From Gemmatimonadota bacterium (GTDB taxonomy: Bacteria; Gemmatimonadota; Gemmatimonadetes; Palauibacterales; Palauibacteraceae), in assembly GCA_046758745.1 (NCBI GenBank), contig JBHIAV010000023.1, forward strand, positions 1 to 43,818: a DNA stretch of 43,818 nucleotides, written 5' to 3'. The notes under the pieces are model-generated. The model ran no database searches, was not told where the DNA came from, and saw only the letters and a list, made by a program, of their open reading frames with translations. This document shows, one piece after another, positions 20,487 through 28,021 of this stretch. The position numbers and the translations under genes were made by a program. Within the stretch, counting starts at the first letter, position 1; each line of letters begins with the position of its first letter.

Positions 20487-21678
20487 CCGGTCGCCGGTCG
20501 GGGGGGCGGGGAGGACGCTGGGACGTCGGCTCTCTCGGGCACCGGGCCGGGCGCCGGGACGCTCCGGGCGCAACGGTCCGGCGAGCGTCTTCCTCTCCGC
20601 AGGGGAGCAGTCGGGAGATGAGCACGGGGCGCGGCTGGCCACCGAGCTCCGGCGACGCAGCCCCGATCTCCGGGTCGCCGGCCTCGGCGGCAGTCGGATG
20701 GCGGCAGCCGGCGTCGAGCTGCTGGCCGACCTCGACGAGCTCGCCGTGCTCGGGTTCACCGAGGTCCTCGGTCGGATCCCCGCCTTCGTGCGGCTCCGCC
20801 GCAGGGTGCGTCGCTTCCTGGTAGAGCAGGAGATCGACCTCCTCATCCCGATCGACTACCCCGGCTTCAACCTCTCACTCGCCCGCTATGCTCACCGCCG
20901 CGGAATCCGGGTCCTGTACTACATCGCACCGCAGGTGTGGGCGTGGCGCGAGTCCCGAGCCCGAACGCTGGGCGCGCACACGGACCACGTGTGCGTCGTT
21001 CTTCCGTTCGAGCGCGAGCTGCTGGCCGGGTACGGAGCCGACGTCGAGTTCGTCGGCCATCCCCTGCTGGATGCGGCGATGGAGCGGGAAGGCGACGACG
21101 ACCGCCCCGCCGCTCCCACCCTCGGCCTCTTTCCCGGATCGCGGGTACAGGAGGTGAAGCGCATGCTCCCCGTCTTTCTGGAGGCCGCGGATCGGCTGGA
21201 CCGCGAGTTTCCGGGGCTCCGCCTGCTCGTGGCACGGGCTCCCGACCTTCCGGAGCCCCTGTACGAGCGGTGGGCAAGAGGGAAGCTGGCGCCTCCGGAG
21301 GAGGTGGTGAGCGGCGCCACCGCGGCCCTGACGAAGTCGGGCACGGTGACCCTTCAGCTCGCGATCGGCGGCGTCCCGATGGTGGTGGGATATCGGATGA
21401 GTCCCCTCACGTATCTCCTCGCTCGGCGTCTGGTCAAGGTCGAGCACGTGGCGCTCGTCAATCTGGTCGCCGGAAAGCGGCTCGTCGCGGAACTCCTGCA
21501 ATCCGAACTCACCGCCGCTCGGCTGGCCGAGCTCGCCGCTCCCCTGCTCAGGGAGGGCGATCCGACCCGGGCGCGAGTGGTTGACGGTCTCGCCCATGTG
21601 CGTAGTCGCCTCGGCGAGCCGGGCTGCACGGCCCGGGTGGCGGACCGATGCCTTGATCTGCTGGAAAGAAGCCGATGA
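20476..21678 (+). CDS. lpxB: Lipid-A-disaccharide synthase
   Basis: SAGEQSGDEHGA, IDYPGFN, YYIAPQVWAWR, FVGHPL, LFPGSRVQEV, KSGTVTL. Start codon uncertain. Confidence 0.95.
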   Translation: MSPDRSPVGGAGRTLGRRLSRAPGRAPGRSGRNGPASVFLSAGEQSGDEHGARLATELRRRSPDLRVAGLGGSRMAAAGVELLADLDELAVLGFTEVLGRIPAFVRLRRRVRRFLVEQEIDLLIPIDYPGFNLSLARYAHRRGIRVLYYIAPQVWAWRESRARTLGAHTDHVCVVLPFERELLAGYGADVEFVGHPLLDAAMEREGDDDRPAAPTLGLFPGSRVQEVKRMLPVFLEAADRLDREFPGLRLLVARAPDLPEPLYERWARGKLAPPEEVVSGATAALTKSGTVTLQLAIGGVPMVVGYRMSPLTYLLARRLVKVEHVALVNLVAGKRLVAELLQSELTAARLAELAAPLLREGDPTRARVVDGLAHVRSRLGEPGCTARVADRCLDLLERSR

Positions 21679-21685
21679 GGCCGGG

Positions 21686-22342
21686 GTGACCGGGCGCATC
21701 CGGCTGGCCGAGCTCCTCGGAGCTCCCACGGCTCGCATGCTCGGTGCGACGTGGCGGTTCCGTGAGCTGGACGCGGCCGGCGAGCCGGGCCCCGCGGTCA
21801 CCCGGCTCCGTCCTGCCATCTACGCGATGTGGCACGGTCAGCTCCTGCCTCTCGCCGTGCTGCAGCGGGGACAGGGAGCCGCCGTATTGGTCAGCCGGCA
21901 CCGGGACGGGGAGATCCTCGCCCGCATCCTCGCACGGCTGGGTTACACCGCCGTGCGCGGGTCGAGCTCCCGGGGGGGCGCGCAAGGACTGCGCGAGATG
22001 ATCGATCTCGGACGGGCCGGCCGGCCGCTCGCGTTCACCCCCGATGGGCCGCGCGGTCCGGCCCGGGGGTGCAAGGCGGGGGTCGTGCACGCGGCGATCG
22101 CCACCGGCCTTCCGATCGTCCCTGCGGCCGCCGCGCCGAGTCGCGGCTGGCGAGCGAACAGCTGGGACCGCTTCCTCCTTCCTGTCCCCGGTGCCACGGT
22201 CTACGTATCGTACGGCGAGCCACTGCGGCTGCCTCGGGAGGCGGATCCCGGCCAGGTAGGGTGGTGGCAAGCCGAGGTGGCCGACCGCCTGGACCGCGAA
22301 GTCGACCGGTGCGAACGGGCAGCCGGGAGGTGTGCGGGGTAA
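21686..22342 (+). CDS. DUF374 / lysophospholipid-acyltransferase-superfamily protein
   Basis: MWHGQLL, LVSRHRDGEIL, VRGSSSRGG, FTPDGPRGP, SWDRFLLP. Confidence 0.88.
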   Translation: MTGRIRLAELLGAPTARMLGATWRFRELDAAGEPGPAVTRLRPAIYAMWHGQLLPLAVLQRGQGAAVLVSRHRDGEILARILARLGYTAVRGSSSRGGAQGLREMIDLGRAGRPLAFTPDGPRGPARGCKAGVVHAAIATGLPIVPAAAAPSRGWRANSWDRFLLPVPGATVYVSYGEPLRLPREADPGQVGWWQAEVADRLDREVDRCERAAGRCAG

Positions 22343-22547
22343 GTCGAGGGAACCGGTAGCGGGCATCCCGCCCGGCGAGCCGGAGCCGCGGCTGGAGCTA
22401 CGCCGGCCAGGCAAGCCGCTCCGAACGCCGTGCCGCAGGCGGACCGGGCAAGCGGCGGCCCACCTCCGCGCGGGCACCCGCGGCGGCCCGGTGTGCCCCG
22501 TGAGCGAACGGAGCCGCAGACCCTCATCCGATGAGCGAGGTGGGCGC

Positions 22548-23726
22548 GTGCCGGCTCACCGCACAGTCACCGAGCGTGTGTGGCGGTCGGCCGATCGGCT
22601 GGCCAGGCGGGCGTGGAGCGAGGGGCCGGGACCCTTCCTGCGCGCCGCCGGCTGGCTGTACGGCGTCGCCACCGAGACTCGTAACATCCTGTACGATCGA
22701 GGCTTCCTTCGCGTTCACCGGGTGGCAGTGCCCGTCATCTCGGTGGGCGGCCTCACGGTGGGCGGCAGCGCGAAGACGCCGCTCGCCGCGGAGCTGGGCC
22801 TGTGGATGATCCGAGACGGGTTGAGGGTCGGCATCGTGACGCCAGGGGCGCGCGATGAGGCCGTCGTGCACGAGATGGTCAACCCGTCCGCCGTCGTCGT
22901 CGCCGAGCGGGATCGTCTTTCCGCCGCATCCCGCCTCGCGGCGAACGGGTGCGAGGTCGTCGTGCTCGACTCGGGTTTCCAGCACCGGCGGCTGGCACGT
23001 GATCTCGACATCGTCGCCCTGGACACCGAGAGCTTGGAGCGCCCACCCCGCGTGCGTCTTCCGGCCAGCCCCTACCGGGAAGGGTTGGGCGCGCTCCGGC
23101 GGGCGGACGCGGTGATCCTCACGCGACGCGACCCTGCTGAGAGAGCGGCGGGCACGCTGACCGTCCGGCTTCGGAGCGAACATTCCGAGCTCACGGTTGC
23201 CGTCTGCCGGCTTGTCCCCGGTCCGATGGTCCCGGCAAATCGCGCCGCCGGAGAGGCCGACGCTGCCGATGCCGCGATCGCCGTCGCGGGGATCATGAAG
23301 CCCGCCGCCTTCTTCCGGCAGATCCGGGACCGCCTTCCGCACCTGGAGGAGGCCCACGCCCTTCCGGATCACTATCGGTACCCGCCCTCCATCGTCGATC
23401 GTTGGATCGAGGAGGCCGGGAAGCGCGGAATGGTGGGGACGCTGAAGGACATCGTGAAGCTCCGGGAGGTAGTGGGAGAGCGGACGCCGCTCTGGTATGT
23501 GGCCGACGGGCTCGAGTGGTTGGGTGGGGAAGCGGCACTTCGCCGACGGCTGCGCGAGGCGGTCGGCATCGCGGGAGCCGATGCGGCGCATCCCGGGCAC
23601 CGACACGCTGCGCGGACGGCGCGTTTCCTCCGGCTCGTCCGACCGTCGCCGGGCAAGTTCGAGGCACGACGAATCGAAAGGCGGGCGCTTCTCGACGCGC
23701 CGCGCCGCGGACTGGATGCCGAGTGA
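22548..23726 (+). CDS. lpxK: Tetraacyldisaccharide 4'-kinase with divergent motifs
   Basis: RNILYDRGFL, VPVISVGGLTVGGSAKTP, LDSGFQHRRLARDLDIV, PYREGLGALRRAD, LPDHY, TLKD; GAGGTGG RBS before GTG 22548. Confidence 0.88.
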   Translation: MPAHRTVTERVWRSADRLARRAWSEGPGPFLRAAGWLYGVATETRNILYDRGFLRVHRVAVPVISVGGLTVGGSAKTPLAAELGLWMIRDGLRVGIVTPGARDEAVVHEMVNPSAVVVAERDRLSAASRLAANGCEVVVLDSGFQHRRLARDLDIVALDTESLERPPRVRLPASPYREGLGALRRADAVILTRRDPAERAAGTLTVRLRSEHSELTVAVCRLVPGPMVPANRAAGEADAADAAIAVAGIMKPAAFFRQIRDRLPHLEEAHALPDHYRYPPSIVDRWIEEAGKRGMVGTLKDIVKLREVVGERTPLWYVADGLEWLGGEAALRRRLREAVGIAGADAAHPGHRHAARTARFLRLVRPSPGKFEARRIERRALLDAPRRGLDAE

Positions 23727-24464
23727 ATGGAGAGCGGCACGGAGTGGTACCGCCGTTGGTTCGGTGAGGAGTACGTCGCCCTCTATCCCCACCGGAACGA
23801 GGAGGAGGCCGCATCGGCCGTCGGGCTCTTCCTGCGGGCGGCCAGGCCGCCGGGGAACCGGATTCTCGACCTGGCCTGCGGAGCGGGGCGTCACCTGCGG
23901 CTCCTCCGGGAGGCCGGGCTCCTCGCCGTCGGCCTCGATCTGTCGATGCCCCTCCTCCGGCTTGCGCGCAGCTCGCAGCCCAACGCCCTCCTCGTTCGCG
24001 GTGACATGCGGGATCTTCCCTTCGCGGACGGCTCCTTCGCAGGTGTCACGAGCTTCTTCACCTCTTTCGGGTATTTCGACACGCCCGAGGAGGACCGGCG
24101 CGTGCTGGCCGAAGTCCGCCGGGTGCTCAGCCGCGGAGGCACCTTCCTGCTCGATTTCCTGAACGCCGGTGCCGTTCGGGCAAGCCTGGTGCCCGAGGAC
24201 TCCCGCATGATCGGCGGCCGGCGCGTGCGCCAGCACCGACGCATCGAGGACGAGGTGGTGGTGAAGCAGATCGAGATCGAGCGTCTCGGCGGACGCGGAC
24301 CACCGGAGGTCTATCACGAGCGGGTACGTCTGTACGAACCGGAAGAGCTCGAAGAGATGCTGGTGGCACACGGCCTCGCCGCCGCCGGCGTGTATGGGGA
24401 GTATTCCGGCGCCACGTTCGGGCCGTCGTCTTCTCGCCTCATCCTGACGGGGAGCGCGAGGTGA
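23727..24464 (+). CDS. Class I SAM-dependent methyltransferase (candidate bacillithiol N-methyltransferase)
   Basis: EWYRRWFGEEYVALYPHRNEEEA, ILDLACGAGRH (motif I), GDMRDLPF, FTSFGYF; GTGA-coupled to bshC. Confidence 0.85.
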   Translation: MESGTEWYRRWFGEEYVALYPHRNEEEAASAVGLFLRAARPPGNRILDLACGAGRHLRLLREAGLLAVGLDLSMPLLRLARSSQPNALLVRGDMRDLPFADGSFAGVTSFFTSFGYFDTPEEDRRVLAEVRRVLSRGGTFLLDFLNAGAVRASLVPEDSRMIGGRRVRQHRRIEDEVVVKQIEIERLGGRGPPEVYHERVRLYEPEELEEMLVAHGLAAAGVYGEYSGATFGPSSSRLILTGSAR

Positions 24465-26086
24465 GCTCCCTCGGCGACCTCCTGGTGCCGGCTCCGCTGG
24501 CGCCTCCTGGGAGCCTGGCGGCCGACTTCGCGCTCGGACGCCGGAAGTGCCTCGACCTCTTCCCTCCGGGGGCCGTGAGCCTCGCCCGCCCGGCCATCCG
24601 GCAGGGGAGCGGCGCGTCCGCCTGCCTGTCGGCCGAGGACTTCGGAGTCACCACCCCGCAGGCCGGCGCCAAGCTCCGCCGAATCCTGGCGGGGGAGGGT
24701 GTTCTGGTGACCACCGGCCAGCAGCCCGTTCTCTTCCTCGGCCCTCTGTACGTCCTCTACAAGACGCTCAGCGCGATCGAGACGGCGCGGAGGATCGAGG
24801 CGAGGAACGGCGTCCCTGCGCTCGCCTGCTTCTGGATCGCCGCCGACGACAGCGACTGGCAGGAGGTCGGAGCCGCCTACCTGATCGGCCCGGACAACGA
24901 GCTGGTCGAGTTTCGCGTGGAGCCTCAGGCCGACCGGGCGGCCCACTCGGTCGGTCCAAGCCCCCTTCCGACGTCGATCCGAGACACCGTGGACGGATTC
25001 GTGCAACGATTGGGAAGATCGGAGTTTGTCGACAAATACATTACCCTGATTCAAGATGCGTATCGCCCGGGCGCCTCGTACACGGAAGCGTTCGCTGCTC
25101 TTCTCCACGGGCTCCTCGCGCCGCGCGAGCTGGCGTGGATCGACTCGGCCGGCCCAGCGGTTCGTGGCGCCTCGCGGGACCTCCTAGCATGGGTCCTGCG
25201 CGAGGCCGAGGCGGCCGGTGCCGCCTTCTCCGCGGCCACCCGGGCCGTAGCGCGGGCCGGATACCCGCCGCAGCTCCAGGATCTGGAGGGCGCCACCCCG
25301 GTCTTCTTCGACACGGGAGCGGGCCGCGAGAGGGTCTATCGCTCGGGCGAGGTCGTGCGCCTCGGAAGGAAGGGGCCGACGCTGCCGCTCGCCGAGCTGC
25401 TCGGGATGCTGGAGGAGGCGCCCCACCGCTTCGGCCCCGCTGCCTCGCTGCGCCCCGTTCTAGAGTCCTCGCTCCTTCCCGTGGCGGCCTCCATCCTCGG
25501 ACCCGCCGAGATCGCGTACTGGGCGCAGCTCGGGGGACTGTTCGATCTCGCCGGCGTGGCGATGCCCATGATCCGGCCGCGCGGGACGTGGCGCGTCATC
25601 GAGAGGAAGGTACGGAAGGTGCTGGAGAAGGCCGGCGCCACGCCGGAGGACTTCTCCGACGGCGGTAGGGAGCTCGGCCGCAGGATCGTGGCTGAGGGTC
25701 GTCCCCCCGCCGTAGAGGGAGCCCTGGCTGCCTTTCATGAGGATGCCGCGGCCTCCCTCGAGCGCCTCCGGGAGGCGATCGAGAAGGAGCTTCCAGGAAT
25801 CAAGTCGGCCGTCGGCAAGGCGCGCGCCGAGGTCTTCCGGGTAGCCGAGGAGATCGAGCGGCTGATCGACGCGCGGGTACGCGGGCGCCGGGAGATCCTG
25901 CTCCGGCAGCTCCGGAAGGCGGCGGTGCACCTGTATCCGGCCGGTAAGCCCCAGGAGCGGATCCTCAGCCCGTTCTACTATCTCGCCCGCTACGGAGACG
26001 CCTTCGTGGACGAGATCGCCCGCTGCGAGCGGGCGGAGGAGGAGGCGATCCCGGCGCACATTGCTGGGGTAGGAGGGCAGGAGTAG
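24461..26086 (+). CDS. bshC: Bacillithiol biosynthesis protein BshC
   Basis: VTTGQQPVLFLGPLYVLYK, FWIAADDSDWQE, LRPVLESSLLP...GPAEIAYWAQL, PMIRPR, PAGKPQER. Confidence 0.9.
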   Translation: MSSLGDLLVPAPLAPPGSLAADFALGRRKCLDLFPPGAVSLARPAIRQGSGASACLSAEDFGVTTPQAGAKLRRILAGEGVLVTTGQQPVLFLGPLYVLYKTLSAIETARRIEARNGVPALACFWIAADDSDWQEVGAAYLIGPDNELVEFRVEPQADRAAHSVGPSPLPTSIRDTVDGFVQRLGRSEFVDKYITLIQDAYRPGASYTEAFAALLHGLLAPRELAWIDSAGPAVRGASRDLLAWVLREAEAAGAAFSAATRAVARAGYPPQLQDLEGATPVFFDTGAGRERVYRSGEVVRLGRKGPTLPLAELLGMLEEAPHRFGPAASLRPVLESSLLPVAASILGPAEIAYWAQLGGLFDLAGVAMPMIRPRGTWRVIERKVRKVLEKAGATPEDFSDGGRELGRRIVAEGRPPAVEGALAAFHEDAAASLERLREAIEKELPGIKSAVGKARAEVFRVAEEIERLIDARVRGRREILLRQLRKAAVHLYPAGKPQERILSPFYYLARYGDAFVDEIARCERAEEEAIPAHIAGVGGQE

Positions 26087-26167
26087 CTTGACCTCGCGGC
26101 GGGGCCGAAGGACTCGCGGTCTCCGCTTCTTCGCACCGGCGAGTGCCACTCAGCACGGACGAGCGCA

Positions 26168-26443
26168 GTGGTCTTGGCCTTCGTGATCATCGTACTGGTT
26201 CTGCTGATCCCGCTCACGGCGATCGTTCTCGACTCGCAGATCGGGCAGGCGCTGGCGAACCGTCTGTCGGGGCAGTCTGGCGGAGAGGAGCGAGAGGAGC
26301 TTTCGGCGCGGGTGCAGGAGCTGGAGGCGGAGGTCCGCTATCTCAGCAGCTCGGTGGAGAGTCTGCGCGAGGAGACCGAGTTCGTTCGCTCTCTGATCGA
26401 AGGTCCGAAACGCGAGCGACCGGAACTCGGCGCCGGTGACTGA
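26168..26443 (+). CDS. Small membrane protein with N-terminal TM helix and coiled coil, 91 aa
   Basis: Hydrophobic N-terminus, then IGQALANRL...RVQELEAEVRYLSSSVESLREETEFVRSLIE. Confidence 0.75.
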   Translation: MVLAFVIIVLVLLIPLTAIVLDSQIGQALANRLSGQSGGEEREELSARVQELEAEVRYLSSSVESLREETEFVRSLIEGPKRERPELGAGD

Positions 26444-26470
26444 CCGGAGGAGCCGGGGCTCGCCGACCGC

Positions 26471-28021
26471 GTGAAACAGCCGTCCGGAGCCCGACCGACC
26501 GTCTCGGTGGCGGCCGGTATCCTCCTCAGCCGCGTCACCGGGCTCCTGCGCGACGCAGCGATCGCCGCCTTCCTGGGCACCCGCCTCTCCGCCGACGCCT
26601 ACTACGCCGCGCTCCGAATCCCGAACGTCCTGCGCAACCTGCTCGGCGAAGGGACGCTCTCCGCGGCCTTCGTGCCGGTGTACAGCGAGTCGCTGGAGCG
26701 CTCGGGCGCGGGATCGACGGAGGCACGCCGCCTGGCCACGGGCGTGTGGGGCGTCGTCCTCGTGGCCTCCGGTCTGTTGAGCGGTCTCGGCATCCTCCTC
26801 GCCCCGTGGCTCACCCGCCTCATCGCGCCTGGGCTCGCCGAGGACGCGACCCACCTCACCACCTCCCTCGTCCGCATCCTCTTCCCGATGTCGGGCGTGA
26901 TGATCCTCGGCGCCTGGTGTCTAGGCGTCCTGAACAGCCACCGCCGCTTCTTCCTCCCCTTCTTCGCTCCGGTGCTGTGGAATCTGGCGCAGGTGGCCGG
27001 GCTTCTCCTCGGGGCTCGGCTCGGGTGGGACTCCCTGGTGCACGTCCTGGCCTGGTCCACCCTGGCCGGCGCCGTCCTCCAGGTCGCCGTCCAGCTCCCG
27101 GGGGCGCGCCGACTGGCGGGATCGCTCCGACCCGTTTGGGCGTGGGAATGGGAGCCCCTCCGCCGCGTGGTGCGGAACATGGTGCCGGTCGTATCCAGTC
27201 AGGGCATCTTTCAGATTTCCAGCTACATCGACCTCTTTCTCGCGAGCTTCCTCCCCGTGGCGGCGATCTCCTCGATGGGCTACGCGCAGCGCATCGTGTA
27301 CCTGCCGCTCAGCCTGTTCGGCATCTCGGTCGCCGCTGCCTCGCTCCCCGAGATGTCCCGGGAGGTGACGGAGCGGGCGCTCCGCCAGCGGCTGGTGGAG
27401 GGTTTCTTCCAGATCCTCTTCTTCGTGCTCCCCGCCGCCATCGTCTTCCTGCTGTTCGGCGACCTGGTAGTGCAAGTCCTGTTCGAGCGCGGCCAGTTCG
27501 GGCGCGACAGCACGCTGTTGGTGAGCGCCATCCTGATGGCATACTCCATCGGTCTCGTCGCCTCGAGCTGCGTGAAGCTGTTCGCGAGCGGGTTCCACGC
27601 CCTGCAGGACACCCGCACCCCGATGCGGATCGCCGCCGTCTCCGTCGGGGCCGGGATCGCCGCCGGCGCGGCGCTCATGTGGGGAATGAAGGCGGCCGGC
27701 TACGGAGCCATGAGCGCTGCGGGTCTCGCTCTCGGGGGGGCGTTCGGCGCGTGGCTGAACCTGAGCCTGCTGTGGCGGGGGCTCGCCGATCGGACCGGCA
27801 CCCTCTTTCCGACCGCGGCCGTCCGCGGGCTCGCCCGGCTGGCGGCCGCGAGCATCGTGGCCGCCGGGGCCGGCATGGCCGCCCGGCACGTCCTGACCGG
27901 CGAGCTCGGGGGGGAGAGCTGGGTGTCCGCGCTCGGGATCCTGCTCGGAACGCTCGCCGCCGGAGGGGTACCATATCTGCTGATCGCCCGCAGACCTCCC
28001 ATCATCCCGATCGCCGAATGA
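26471..28021 (+). CDS. murJ: Lipid II flippase MurJ (MviN)
   Basis: LSRVTGLLRD, RIPNVLRNLLGEGTLSAAFVP, YAQRIVYLP, LFERGQF, FHALQDTRTP; multiple TM segments. Confidence 0.95.
   Translation: MKQPSGARPTVSVAAGILLSRVTGLLRDAAIAAFLGTRLSADAYYAALRIPNVLRNLLGEGTLSAAFVPVYSESLERSGAGSTEARRLATGVWGVVLVASGLLSGLGILLAPWLTRLIAPGLAEDATHLTTSLVRILFPMSGVMILGAWCLGVLNSHRRFFLPFFAPVLWNLAQVAGLLLGARLGWDSLVHVLAWSTLAGAVLQVAVQLPGARRLAGSLRPVWAWEWEPLRRVVRNMVPVVSSQGIFQISSYIDLFLASFLPVAAISSMGYAQRIVYLPLSLFGISVAAASLPEMSREVTERALRQRLVEGFFQILFFVLPAAIVFLLFGDLVVQVLFERGQFGRDSTLLVSAILMAYSIGLVASSCVKLFASGFHALQDTRTPMRIAAVSVGAGIAAGAALMWGMKAAGYGAMSAAGLALGGAFGAWLNLSLLWRGLADRTGTLFPTAAVRGLARLAAASIVAAGAGMAARHVLTGELGGESWVSALGILLGTLAAGGVPYLLIARRPPIIPIAE

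Noticed and set aside
22343-22547. Possible waaA remnant in the 205-nt gap before lpxK (RRRTGQAAAHLRAGTRGG)
   Set aside because: The resemblance to a WaaA C-terminal helix is too weak and low-complexity to support without an alignment.
26746-28017. Apparent 1089-aa UvrC, and similarly extended LysS (5005), McsB (9199), Der (35900), MerR (38442), SurE (39002) and Pcm (40018)
   Set aside because: The upstream extensions are alternate frames of the preceding genes; the true starts lie at or near the stop/start overlaps.
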